From Myxococcota bacterium (GTDB lineage: Bacteria; Myxococcota_A; UBA796; CAJQPC01), in the NCBI GenBank assembly GCA_036229005.1, contig JAZAMN010000052.1, forward strand, positions 32,001 to 96,000: a stretch of DNA of 64,000 nt, in the 5' to 3' direction. Under the pieces are notes generated by a model. That model saw only the letters and a program-made list of their open reading frames with translations. It had not been told where the DNA came from and did no database searches. Made by a program: the position numbers and the translations under genes. Each line of letters starts with the position of its first letter. Position 1 is the first letter of the stretch. Positions 1-12,907 of the stretch are shown here, piece after piece.

Positions 1-525
1 CCGCAGCGGCACCCAGCTCGCCAGGGTGGACAGCGCCCGCCCCTCCATCCGGCCGCCTACCGCTCGGGGGACGCTCCCCAGCATGACGGCCGTGGGCACG
101 CCACCCATCGCCCGCTCCAGGCGCTGCAGGCGCGCGTCGTGGGCGTGCATGCGGTTGACCAACGCTTCGTACCCGGCCTCGATGGCCCAGGCGTAGAGGC
201 TGCTGGTGAGCAGGGCCAACGCCTCGCTGTCCTTGTGGCTCTCGACCACCATCGCCAGCCCGACCTCGCGGTAGATGGGCTCCGCGGTGGGCGGTGCGTA
301 CGAGTCGAACTCAAAGAAGGGCCGGATGGCCGCCAGGTGGCCCACGCAGCGGTCTCCCTCCATCGCCAGGAAGCTGGTCACGTAGCCGGCCTGGTTGTAG
401 GCCAGCGCCTGCGACGGCTCGTACAGCCAGCGGCGGTGGTGGGTGAGGCCGCAGGTCTCGTAGACGCAGCGGGCCAGGGCGCGGGCCTGGCCGAGGGTCT
501 CCAGGGCTTCGACTCGAAGGCTCAT
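1..525 (-). CDS. GNAT-fold/hypothetical protein, 3' end outside window
   Basis: Not in ORF track. ATG at 525 (minus) reads MSLRVEALETLGQARALARCVYETCGLTHHRRWLYEP...SFLAMEGDRCVGHLAA...EVGLAMV, open to position 1, with GC-rich third positions. The VGH/EVG pattern is GNAT-like. Confidence 0.6.
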   Translation of the reverse strand, partial: MSLRVEALETLGQARALARCVYETCGLTHHRRWLYEPSQALAYNQAGYVTSFLAMEGDRCVGHLAAIRPFFEFDSYAPPTAEPIYREVGLAMVVESHKDSEALALLTSSLYAWAIEAGYEALVNRMHAHDARLQRLERAMGGVPTAVMLGSVPRAVGGRMEGRALSTLASWVPLR

Positions 526-626
526 TTGAAGATTCCTTTGGGGTTCCGGTGTGCTGACCGGCTCGCCCCCAAAGACGGAAACAAGGCCGCATCGCATGAG
601 CGCCCGCCGCGCTTCCCGCTCCACCC

Positions 627-1559
627 TCAGGAAAAGGTGACGAGCCTCACCCGGGGCCCCACCCGCACCTCCAGCCGCTGACCGCCCTGGTGGAAGTCCC
701 CGTCGATCATGTAGGACATGGGCTGTCGGCTCTCCAGCACCAGCGACTGCCCGAGCTGACTGAGGATGTGCGGGTCCCCCACCGGCTGCCCCCGGAAGAT
801 CGCCGGGAGCGCCCGCGCAAAGCGCATCGGCGTGCACCCGATCCCCACGACCTGAAGCTGCCCGGGGTGGCGCACCACGCTGTGGAAGGGCCGGAATCCC
901 AGCCCGATGTCATCCACCGTTGCCGCCCCGATCGTGGTCCACGGCAGCCCCGGCCACAGGGTCCCGTCCACCCAGACCTGCGCCTCCACGGGGGCCGCCA
1001 GGTGCTTGATGAAGGCCCCGCCCACCACCGCGGACCCCACCGCCCGCGCCAGCAGCCACGCCGCCTTGGCCGGACTGGGCTCCGAGCCCGCGTAGTAGGC
1101 CTCCAGGAAGCGGGAGATCAGCCCATTGCCAAAGATGAACCCTGCCTTGTCGTCCACGACGATCAGGTTCCGCTCGGTGTAGGGCAGCGGCTGCCCGTGC
1201 GCGTAGGCCGAGGTCAGCGCGCCCAGCAGCTCCTCGGGCTTGCCCTGGATCCCCAGCCCGTGTGCGGCGGTGTTCATGGTGCCCCCGCGGAGCAGCGCGA
1301 TCATCGGCAGGGGCCGATCCCCATAGACCCGAAGCAGCGCCGAGAGCACCCGGTGGTTGGTCCCGTCGCCCCCGTTGATGGCCACCACCTCGACCTGCCG
1401 CTCGGCGAAGTGCTCCGCCACCCGGTCCAGCGCGTCCAGGTCCCGCGGCATCTGCAGCGTGCCGCGCTCCCCCAGGATGTAGGCGAGCTGCCGCGCCAGC
1501 TCCGGGTTCCGCCGGTTCCGCCGCGAGTGGGGGTTCGTGATGACGCCGATGCCAGCCAG
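627..1559 (-). CDS. Diacylglycerol kinase catalytic-domain family protein
   Basis: ITNPHS, NGGDGT, LRGGTMN and MIDGD motifs. The track start at 1649 overlaps the divergent gene; CTG at 1559 after GGAGG fits better. Confidence 0.85.
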   Translation of the reverse strand: MAGIGVITNPHSRRNRRNPELARQLAYILGERGTLQMPRDLDALDRVAEHFAERQVEVVAINGGDGTNHRVLSALLRVYGDRPLPMIALLRGGTMNTAAHGLGIQGKPEELLGALTSAYAHGQPLPYTERNLIVVDDKAGFIFGNGLISRFLEAYYAGSEPSPAKAAWLLARAVGSAVVGGAFIKHLAAPVEAQVWVDGTLWPGLPWTTIGAATVDDIGLGFRPFHSVVRHPGQLQVVGIGCTPMRFARALPAIFRGQPVGDPHILSQLGQSLVLESRQPMSYMIDGDFHQGGQRLEVRVGPRVRLVTFS

Positions 1560-1585
1560 GGGCCCTCCAGGGGTAGGCTCTGTGC

Positions 1586-2305
1586 ATGCGTATCCTGGTA
1601 AGCACCGACTTTGATCCGGGGGGAGGAATGGCCGATTCCCCTCGGACACGCCCGCTCAGACCCAAAGCCTTCGTGGGCATGTCCACCGTCGACGCGGTCC
1701 GCGCCGCCGGCGGGATCCCGATGCTCCTGCCCCCCGGCGAGGACAGGCTGGAGCAGCTCCTGGATCACGTCGATGGCGTCGTCATCACCGGCGGCAACTT
1801 CGACATCCACCCCAGCCACTACGGCGCCACCGCCATCGCACAGCTCGGCGAGATCAAGGAGCTCCGCACCGAAGGCGAGCTGCTCCTGGCCGGCCGCTGC
1901 CTAGCCCGCAGCATCCCCGTGCTGGGCGTCTGCGGCGGCATGCAGGCCCTGGCTGTCGCTGCGGGCGGCACCCTCATCCAGGACATCGGCACCCAGCGCC
2001 CCGACGCCGGCGAGCACGAGCAGCCCACCGACCCCGCCCAGGGCTGGCACGCCCTGGAGACCAGCGGCGGCATCATCGGCGCTCTGCTGGGTGAGCACCC
2101 CGTGGTCAACTCCACCCACCACCAGGCCGTCGACGACCCCGGCGACATGGTCATCACCGCCCGCGCCCCCGACGGCATCATCGAGGCCATCGAGGCCCCC
2201 GGCCACCCCTTCGCCGTGGGCGTCCAGTGGCACCCGGAGCTGTTGGGGCACGCGGGGTTGATCTACGGGGCGTTGGTGCAGGCGGCGCGGGGGATGCGCG
2301 GGTGA
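1586..2305 (+). CDS. Peptidase C26 / gamma-glutamyl-GABA hydrolase-like class I glutamine amidotransferase
   Basis: DGVVITGG, LGVCGGMQ (catalytic Cys), VNSTHHQAV, GVQWHPE (His-x-Glu). Confidence 0.93.
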   Translation: MRILVSTDFDPGGGMADSPRTRPLRPKAFVGMSTVDAVRAAGGIPMLLPPGEDRLEQLLDHVDGVVITGGNFDIHPSHYGATAIAQLGEIKELRTEGELLLAGRCLARSIPVLGVCGGMQALAVAAGGTLIQDIGTQRPDAGEHEQPTDPAQGWHALETSGGIIGALLGEHPVVNSTHHQAVDDPGDMVITARAPDGIIEAIEAPGHPFAVGVQWHPELLGHAGLIYGALVQAARGMRG

Positions 2306-2319
2306 CCTGGGGGCGGCGA

Positions 2320-3021
2320 CTACCCGCCTCCACACCCCGCCCGCCTCAAGTGATGCGCGGGTGCCTCCCCTGACCGCCGCAGGACACAGGCAAAGAGCCG
2401 CTGGCTCGCGTACCCCGTGCCCGTGACGCCTTTGACGCTCTGGGCCAGCAAGCGCGCCAATACGGGGTGGGTCTCCCCATCGCGGAGCGCCTCCAGGTTG
2501 GTCAGCTTGCCCCCCAGCGCGCTCGCGAACAGCCGAATGGCGTGCGCGGAGCCGACCGTTGCCTCCTCGATGGCGGCCACCAGCGGGTCCCACCGAGGCA
2601 CCAGCTCAAGCGCCGTCCCTGGACTGGCCCGACCGTTCATGGGTCCGAGGTAGAGATCGTAGGTGGCTCCGTCCTTCTCGAAAGCGTGCCACTCGACCTG
2701 CTCGTCTTCGAGGACTCCCGCGTGGCTGGCGAGAAGCACATGGAAGTCCTGGATCGTGAAGGCCTGGACCCCGTCGTTCAGCGCGGCAGATCGATGCTCC
2801 CCGAGCCCAGCCCACAGGTCCTGCAAGACCGGATGCCCCCCTCGCCAGGCCCTGCAGCCCAACAGCACGCTGCCGCTGGGGTAGGTGTCGACGAGCTCCA
2901 GGGTCATCGCGGCCTGCGTCCTGGGCAGGACCACCCTGTCGCCTTCGATGCGCGCCTCCACGCCGTGCCCGTCCAGGAAGCCGTGCAGCAACCGCAGAAG
3001 CTGCTCACCCGTCGCGTCCAT
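2320..3021 (-). CDS. Hypothetical protein, DUF6348-like
   Basis: ATG at 3021 after GGAGGT. The WAGLG...ALNDGVQAF...FHVLLA...EQVE pattern recalls DUF6348 (from memory). Confidence 0.55.
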   Translation of the reverse strand: MDATGEQLLRLLHGFLDGHGVEARIEGDRVVLPRTQAAMTLELVDTYPSGSVLLGCRAWRGGHPVLQDLWAGLGEHRSAALNDGVQAFTIQDFHVLLASHAGVLEDEQVEWHAFEKDGATYDLYLGPMNGRASPGTALELVPRWDPLVAAIEEATVGSAHAIRLFASALGGKLTNLEALRDGETHPVLARLLAQSVKGVTGTGYASQRLFACVLRRSGEAPAHHLRRAGCGGG

Positions 3022-3081
3022 CCCGCACCTCCACTCAAGCGTCCGATGTCCCAAGCATCGCACGGAGCGAGCGAAGGAGGC

Positions 3082-6750
<3,669 letters not shown>

Positions 6751-6813
6751 GGGCCCCTCCTATCCCTGTTGGCTGCGATGGGGGGTTAGGCTTGGGCACC
6801 CTCCGGAGTTCCC

Positions 6814-8967
6814 ATGACGCCCCTGATGCTGCTGTCCCTGGCCTGCGCCCCCAAGACCGACCCCGCCGACCAGGCCCTGGCCGCCCCCGCGCCGCCGCCC
6901 AGCATCTACCCGGTGACCCGGACCGTCGACGTCGTCGACGACTACCACGGCACCCAGGTGGCCGACCCCTACCGCTGGCTGGAGGACTCCGACGACGCCG
7001 AGGTGCGCACCTGGATCGAGGCGGAGAACACCCTCACGAACGCCTACCTGGGGCAGATCCCCGAGCGCGACGCCATCCGCGACCGCATGACGGAGCTGTG
7101 GAACTACGAGCGCTACTCGAGCCCAAGGGAGGTGGCCGAGGGGGTCTACGTCTGGAGCTACAACAACGGACTCCAGAACCAGTCCGTCATCTACATCGCC
7201 GACAGCCCCGAGAGCGAGGGCAGGGTGCTGCTGGACCCCAACACCCTGAGCGAGGACGGCACGGTCGCCCTGAGCGGGACCTGGTTCTCCGAGGACGGCT
7301 CGATGCTGGCCTACGCGGTGTCGGACGGCGGCTCGGACTGGCGGAAGATCTACGTGATGGACGTGGAGACCGGGGAGACCCACCCGCAGGTGCTGGAGTG
7401 GATCAAGTTCAGCGGGGCGAGCTGGGCCAAGGACGGCAGCGGCTTCTTCTACAGCCGCTACGACAAGCCCGAAGACCCCGGCGACTTCGAGGCCAAGAAC
7501 CAGTTCCAGAAGCTCTACTTCCACAAGATCGGGACCGCGCAGGCCGACGACGTGCTGATCTACGAGCGCAGCGACCAGCCCACCTGGGGCTTCGGCGGCA
7601 GCGTGACCGAGGACGGCCGCTACCTGATCGTCTACAACTGGGAGGGCACCGAGCGGAAGAACCGGGTCTTCTACAAGGACCTGCAAACCGACGGGCCGGT
7701 CACCCCCCTGCTGACGGACTTCGACGCCAGCTACTCGGTGCTCGCGAACGACGGCAAGGTCTGGACCCTGGAGACGGACAAGGACGCCCCCAAGGGTCGC
7801 ATCGTGCGCCTGAACATCGACAAGCCCGGCGAGTGGACCGAGGTCGTCCCCCAGGGTGAGCACGTGCTGCAGGGCGCCTCCGTCCTGGCCAAGGACAAGC
7901 TGGTGCTCCAGTACCTGCAGGACGCCCACAGCATGGTCCAGGTGCGCGAGTTCAAGACCGGCGCGCTGGTCCGCGAGGTCGAGCTCCCCGGCATCGGCTC
8001 GGCCGGTGGCTTTGGTGGCAAGCGCGCGCAGACCGAGACCTTCTACAGCTTCACCGGCTACACGACGCCGGGGACCATCTACCGCTACGACGTGGTGAGC
8101 GGCGAGAGCGCGGTGTTCCGCGAGCCCGCCATCTCCATGCCCGAGGGCGAGTACACGACCCAGCAGATCTTCGTGACCTCCAAGGACGGCACCCAGGTCC
8201 CCGTGTTCGTGACGCACCGCAGCGACATCGAGCTGGACGGGAGCAACCCCACCCTGCTCTACGGCTACGGCGGCTTCAACATCAGCCTGACGCCCTACTA
8301 CTCGACCACCGCGCGCGTGTGGATGGAGATGGGCGGCGTGTACGCGGTGGCCAACCTGCGGGGCGGCGGCGAGTACGGCAAGGAGTGGCACGACGCCGGC
8401 CGCCTGGCCAACAAGCAGAACGTGTTCGACGACTTCATCGCCAGCGCCGAGCACCTGATCGAGGCCGGCTACACCCAGCCCGAGAAGCTGGCCGTGATGG
8501 GCGGCTCCAACGGCGGCCTGCTGGTGGGCGCGGTGTCCGTGCAGCGCCCCGACCTCTTCGGTGCGGCCCTGCCCGCCGTGGGCGTGATGGACATGCTGCG
8601 CTTCAACCAGTTCACTATCGGCTGGGCCTGGGAGAGCGACTACGGCAGCCCCCAGGACCCCGAGATGTTCCCGATCCTGCACGGCTACAGCCCGTACCAC
8701 AACATCCAGGACGGCGTGGAGTACCCCGCCACCCTGGTGACCACCGGCGACCACGACGACCGCGTGGTGCCCGGCCACAGCTTCAAGTACGCCGCCCGCA
8801 TGCAGGCCGCCCAGGCCGGCCCGGATCCCGTGCTCATCCGCATCGAGACCCGCGGCGGACACGGCGCCGGCAAGCCCACCCAGATGCGCATCGAGGAGGC
8901 CACGGACAAGTGGGCCTTCCTGGTCAAGGAGCTGGAGATGGCGCTGCCCGAAGGCTTCGGGGAGTAG
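6814..8967 (+). CDS. Prolyl oligopeptidase (S9A), predicted lipoprotein
   Basis: DPYRWLE, YGYGGF, GGSNGG (Ser), DHDDRV (Asp), GHGAG (His); N-terminus [11 protein letters not shown]. Confidence 0.97.
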   Translation: MTPLMLLSLACAPKTDPADQALAAPAPPPSIYPVTRTVDVVDDYHGTQVADPYRWLEDSDDAEVRTWIEAENTLTNAYLGQIPERDAIRDRMTELWNYERYSSPREVAEGVYVWSYNNGLQNQSVIYIADSPESEGRVLLDPNTLSEDGTVALSGTWFSEDGSMLAYAVSDGGSDWRKIYVMDVETGETHPQVLEWIKFSGASWAKDGSGFFYSRYDKPEDPGDFEAKNQFQKLYFHKIGTAQADDVLIYERSDQPTWGFGGSVTEDGRYLIVYNWEGTERKNRVFYKDLQTDGPVTPLLTDFDASYSVLANDGKVWTLETDKDAPKGRIVRLNIDKPGEWTEVVPQGEHVLQGASVLAKDKLVLQYLQDAHSMVQVREFKTGALVREVELPGIGSAGGFGGKRAQTETFYSFTGYTTPGTIYRYDVVSGESAVFREPAISMPEGEYTTQQIFVTSKDGTQVPVFVTHRSDIELDGSNPTLLYGYGGFNISLTPYYSTTARVWMEMGGVYAVANLRGGGEYGKEWHDAGRLANKQNVFDDFIASAEHLIEAGYTQPEKLAVMGGSNGGLLVGAVSVQRPDLFGAALPAVGVMDMLRFNQFTIGWAWESDYGSPQDPEMFPILHGYSPYHNIQDGVEYPATLVTTGDHDDRVVPGHSFKYAARMQAAQAGPDPVLIRIETRGGHGAGKPTQMRIEEATDKWAFLVKELEMALPEGFGE

Positions 8968-9744
8968 TCAGCGGCGGGTCCAGTAGCCACGCCCGGTGGG
9001 GACACCCGGGAAGCGCAGGTCGCCAACGAGCCGGGCGACCTGCTCCACGTGCCGGTCGGCAGGGGGCAGCCGCCGCAGGGTCGACGGGCTGGTCCCGAGT
9101 TGCCGGGCCAGCTCGCTGGTGGACAGGGGAACCAGGGCCCGCGCAGACTGGAGCAGCAGTCGGCGGGGCGCCCCCCGGTCGTCCAGGCGGTGGAGCGGGG
9201 TCCGCGTGTACCCGGACACGGCGGCCCGCAGCTCGTGGAGCGTAGGGTCTTGCCCGGAGCGCGCTGGCAGCCCGCTCCCATCGGTGTTCACGGAGGGGTC
9301 GGATGAGGTGTAGGCGTGCAGCCGCTCGGGGTCGGGGTGGCGCGCACGGACGGGCCGCAGCGCCAGGCCCACGGCGTCCCGGTACGTGGACCAAGGCCAC
9401 GCCAGGGGGTCATCGACCAGCCGCGCGCGGCAGGGGTTCAGGTGGATGTAGCGGGTCTCCCGGCGGCGCTTCTGGGCGTCGGCCGCAAAGTGGGCGGCAG
9501 GCAGCGGCTCGATGCGGTTGCCGCGCAGGCCCTGGGCGGCGTTCAGGCTCCGGCTGTGTCCACGCAGCGCCTGCGCCAACGGGACGCGCAGGTCCTGCCG
9601 GTGCTGGAGATGGACATGGTTGGGCATCAGGCACAAGGCCTCCATGCCCGGGCACGCCCGGGTGATGCGCCCCCAGAGCGCATGCGCTTCCTCCCAAGTG
9701 GTGAACAGCAGGCCCACGCTGGTGCGGGCGACGAGGTGGTACAT
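8968..9744 (-). mobile_element. REP-associated tyrosine transposase (RAYT / Y1 HUH endonuclease) with C-terminal HTH
   Basis: YHLVAR, CLMPNHVHL (HUH), RYIHLNP (catalytic Tyr), WPWSTY; C-terminal LSTSELARQLGTSPSTL HTH-like segment. Confidence 0.88.
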
Positions 9745-9824
9745 GATCGGCTCCTGGCTCCCTGGCCTTCATGCAAAGGGGCTGCCACCCGCAAGTGCCT
9801 TGAATCACGTCAGACCGACGGCCT

Positions 9825-9864
9825 GGTGTCGAGAGTCCGCCACCGGTGTCGGAGGGCAGACACC
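9825..9864. repeat. Two adjacent 20-bp imperfect hairpins upstream of RAYT (REP-like candidates)
   Basis: GGTGTCGAGAGTCCGCCACC (9825-9844) and GGTGTCGGAGGGCAGACACC (9845-9864), both closed by GGTG...CACC. Confidence 0.5.
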
Positions 9865-9907
9865 CCCATTGGGCGCTCGCCTGGCACCCGGGCAGGGTGG
9901 TTCGCAG

Positions 9908-10026
9908 GAGCTACGCACCCTCAATGCGCGCCTTCTCCGAGCTACGCCCTCTCAATGCGCGCCTTCTTCGAGCTACGCCCTCTCAACGCGCGCTTTCTCC
10001 GAGCTACGCCCTCTCAATGCGCGCCT
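9908..10026 (+). repeat. 31-bp tandem repeat, ~3.8 copies (locus 1, left arm)
   Basis: Unit GAGCTACGCCCTCTCAATGCGCGCCTTCTCC at 9908, 9939, 9970 and 10001 (partial). Confidence 0.97.
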
Positions 10027-10031
10027 GACGG

Positions 10032-10100
10032 CCCAAAGCCGCGCACTCACACCCCGTAGCTCCCAAAACCCGCGCACTCACACCCCGTAGCTCCCCAACC
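10032..10100 (+). repeat. 31-bp tandem repeat, ~2.2 copies (locus 1, right arm, inverted relative to left arm)
   Basis: Unit CCAAAACCCGCGCACTCACACCCCGTAGCTC; GTAGC at 10056 and 10087. Confidence 0.95.
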
Positions 10101-10105
10101 GCCCC

Positions 10106-12208
10106 TCAGCGCCGCCGACGCCACCCCAGCACCAGCAGCCCCACCAGCCACGCGCCGCCGCCCAGTCCCCCGCCGCAGCCGCCGCAGCCCGATTCGGCCG
10201 GAGGCGTGGTCGACGAACCGGTGTCCTCGCCGGTGGAGCTGTCTGCGGTGTCGGGGACGTCCTCCACGCAGTCCTGAATGGTGGGGTCGAGATCGTCGCA
10301 GTCATAGCGACCTACTCGCCCGTCCCCGTCAGCGTCCCAGTCCTCGGCCAGTCCGCCGTTGTGCCCGATGTCCGAGACGCTCCCGTCGGCGTCCAGGATC
10401 GCGGGGTCGCCCGCATCCACCAGGGGGCTCGCGGGGTCCAGCGCCAGCGCGTCGTTGTCGAAGTCGCCGTCCTGGCTCCAGCCCCACAGCGCCGGGTCCA
10501 GATCGACCAGGTCGCCGGTCTCCGAGAGCTCCTCGTCCAACAGCTCCCCGCCCAGGTGCCCGCCGTCGTTGCCGGAGAAGGCCGAGTAGCGGAAGCTGGA
10601 GTAGAACCCGGAGTCGCTGTCTTCGCCGTAAACGGCGCCCTCTCCGCGGTTGTCGGCGACAAGCAGGTTGGTGAACTCCCCGTGCGCGTCGTAGAGGCAG
10701 AGCGCCGCGCCGTGGTCCAGGGCCTCGTTGCCCAGCAGGCTGGCGTTGGTGACGCCCAGGATCCCCTGCTCCACGAAGCAGCCGCCGCCGCCAACCCGGG
10801 CGACGTTCTCCCGGACCAGCACGTTGCGCCAGTCCACCTTGCCCGAGGCCAGGCGGCTGTAGAAGCCCCCGCCGTAGGTGGCGCTGTTGCCGGCGATCTC
10901 GACCTGGGAGAGGGAGACCGTGTCGTTCTGGCTGCTGAACAGCCCACCGCCATACAGCCCCTCCGGCCCGCCATTGTTCAGGATCCGGACGCCAGCGAGG
11001 ACCAGCGTGCCCGCATAGCGCACGAAGGCGCCGCCCCCCTCCAGGGTGGCCTCGTTGTCGGCGATCAACACGTCGGTCAGCGACACCGTGCTGCCGGTCC
11101 ACTGGTAGTAGCTGTAGAGCCCGCCGCCGGCGTAGGTCGTGGAGCGGTTGCCGGTGAGCTCGACGCGCTCCAGGGTCAGGCCGCCGTAGTAGTACTGGTA
11201 GATCCCGCCGCCGTGGTAGCGGGTGCTGTTGTTCCGGATGACCGTGTCGCGGATGACCGTGTCGACGCGGACGTAGGCGAACACGGCGCCCCCGTGGCCG
11301 TAGGTGGTGCTCGCGCCCTCCAGCACGCAGCCGTCCAGCTCCAGCGCCCCGTCGGCGTAGTACATGCCGATGTGACCGGCGTTCCGGTAGGCGTGGTTGT
11401 CCTGGAACAGGCAGTCCGAGAAGACCGCGGAGACCGCCTCGGAGCCGTAGATGCCGCCGCCGTAGCCGTAGGTCGCCTCGTTGTCGATGAACTCCGTCCC
11501 CTCGCCCGAGAGCGCCGTCCCCGTGAAGTACACCGCCGCGCCGTAGCCGTCGTAGAGCGCGTTGCCCTGGAAGAGGCTGTCCCCCACATTGGCCGTCACG
11601 CCGCTCAGGTAGAGCGCGCCGCCGTCGCTGCCGGCCTCGTTGACGTTGAACGCGCTGCCGCCGTAGACCGCCAGGCTCCCCCTCTCCAGGTAGATGGCGC
11701 CGCCGTCGTTGTCCGCGAGGTTGTCCTCGAAGACCACGCCGCTCAAGGTCAGGTCCGCATCGGTGGCGTGGATCGCGCCCCCCGAGTCGCTGGCCTGCCC
11801 CTGCTGAAACCCGGCGTTCTCGGCCGTCAGGACGCCTCCCGCCAGCGAGATCTGCGCGCCCTGCTCGGCCCGCCCTCCCTCGAACTGCACCCCGCTCAGG
11901 ACCAGCTCCTGGTGGCTCGCCGCGATGAACTGCCCCTTGCCCTGGAACTGCAGGTCCACCAGGTTCAGGCGCCCCCCGCTGGCCAAGATCCCGCGCGAGT
12001 CCGCGGGCACCGACAGAGTGGGCAGGCTCTCCCCGACCAGCGTCAGCTCCTTAGCCCCCACGTCCACCTCGCTGAGTTCCCACTCCCCCTCGGGGATGCG
12101 GATCTCATCGCCCGACACAGCGAGCTCCACCGCCTGGGCGATGGACAGGTCCTCGGACACGGTCAGGGTGGCCGCCGGTGCAAGCGAGGACAACAGCAGG
12201 AACATCAC
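10106..12208 (-). CDS. Surface protein: parallel beta-helix (GGA[I/L] repeats), DCDD metal-binding motif, MYXO-CTERM-like anchor
   Basis: Repeated F..N.A...GGAI/L; DADGDG...DCDDLDP; C-terminus GCGGCGGG-hydrophobic-RRRR. GTG start overlaps the TetR stop (GTGA). Confidence 0.85.
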   Translation of the reverse strand: MMFLLLSSLAPAATLTVSEDLSIAQAVELAVSGDEIRIPEGEWELSEVDVGAKELTLVGESLPTLSVPADSRGILASGGRLNLVDLQFQGKGQFIAASHQELVLSGVQFEGGRAEQGAQISLAGGVLTAENAGFQQGQASDSGGAIHATDADLTLSGVVFEDNLADNDGGAIYLERGSLAVYGGSAFNVNEAGSDGGALYLSGVTANVGDSLFQGNALYDGYGAAVYFTGTALSGEGTEFIDNEATYGYGGGIYGSEAVSAVFSDCLFQDNHAYRNAGHIGMYYADGALELDGCVLEGASTTYGHGGAVFAYVRVDTVIRDTVIRNNSTRYHGGGIYQYYYGGLTLERVELTGNRSTTYAGGGLYSYYQWTGSTVSLTDVLIADNEATLEGGGAFVRYAGTLVLAGVRILNNGGPEGLYGGGLFSSQNDTVSLSQVEIAGNSATYGGGFYSRLASGKVDWRNVLVRENVARVGGGGCFVEQGILGVTNASLLGNEALDHGAALCLYDAHGEFTNLLVADNRGEGAVYGEDSDSGFYSSFRYSAFSGNDGGHLGGELLDEELSETGDLVDLDPALWGWSQDGDFDNDALALDPASPLVDAGDPAILDADGSVSDIGHNGGLAEDWDADGDGRVGRYDCDDLDPTIQDCVEDVPDTADSSTGEDTGSSTTPPAESGCGGCGGGLGGGAWLVGLLVLGWRRRR

Positions 12209-12807
12209 TCTCCCTCCCGGGGGACCAGGCCCGCCGCCAGCACGTAGAAGGACTGCTCGGCCAGGGCCATGAGCTGCTCGTGGGTCTGCACCCCGGGCAG
12301 GTGACCGTCCACGTACATGCGACAGAGGCCATAGGTCATGGACTCCGCCGCCAGGCGAACGTGGGCGGGCTCCCGCAGCCTACCGGCCTGCGCGCCCTCC
12401 TCCAAGAGGGCGTTCACGAAGGCCTCCCGCTGGGCCACCACCGCGGAGATGGCCTCGCTGCGATCGGCGCGCGCGTAGTCCGGGTTGTTCAGGAGCTGGA
12501 AGTGCACCGGGTGCTCAAAGGCAAAGCGCAGGTTGGCCAGTCCGACGGCGCGGAAGCGGTCCAGCGGGTCATCGGGCGGGGCCTGGGCCTCGTAGTGCGC
12601 GAGCCAGCCAAGCAGCAGGTCGAGCCCCTGCTCGGCCAGGGCGGTGAGCAGGTCCTCCTTGTCGCGGAAGTGGCGGTAGACCGCCCCCGGGCTGACCCCG
12701 CAGGCGCCGGCGACCTGGCGCAGGGAGAAGGCGGCCAGACCGCGCTCGGTGACCAGGGCCAGGCTGGCGGTGAGCAGGCGCTCGCGCAAGGGGGGGGCTT
12801 GGGCCAA
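12205..12807 (-). CDS. TetR/AcrR-family transcriptional regulator
   Basis: FSLRQVAGACGVSPGAVYRHFRDKEDLL HTH; likely TTG start at 12807 after AGAGGA. Confidence 0.92.
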   Translation of the reverse strand: MAQAPPLRERLLTASLALVTERGLAAFSLRQVAGACGVSPGAVYRHFRDKEDLLTALAEQGLDLLLGWLAHYEAQAPPDDPLDRFRAVGLANLRFAFEHPVHFQLLNNPDYARADRSEAISAVVAQREAFVNALLEEGAQAGRLREPAHVRLAAESMTYGLCRMYVDGHLPGVQTHEQLMALAEQSFYVLAAGLVPREGE

Positions 12808-12818
12808 GGGGATCCTCT

Positions 12819-12833
12819 GTAAACAATGTTTAC
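12819..12833. promoter_or_regulatory. Palindromic operator, probable TetR site 1
   Basis: GTAAACA-A-TGTTTAC, a perfect 7-1-7 AT-rich palindrome in the divergent intergenic region. Confidence 0.8.
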
Positions 12834-12877
12834 CAAAACGCTGGACGCTGCGCTGGCCAGAGGGTACCTCAGAGCAT

Positions 12878-12892
12878 GTAAACATTGTTCAC
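12878..12892. promoter_or_regulatory. Palindromic operator, probable TetR site 2
   Basis: GTAAACA-T-TGTTCAC, a near copy of site 1 just upstream of the hydrolase RBS. Confidence 0.8.
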
Positions 12893-12907
12893 TCCCTGGA
12901 GGTTCCG

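Noticed and set aside
8968..9744. IS200/IS605 element with TnpB or IscB
   Set aside because: No RuvC-type ORF is adjacent; the YIHLNP/WPWS motifs and C-terminal HTH fit RAYT-like proteins.
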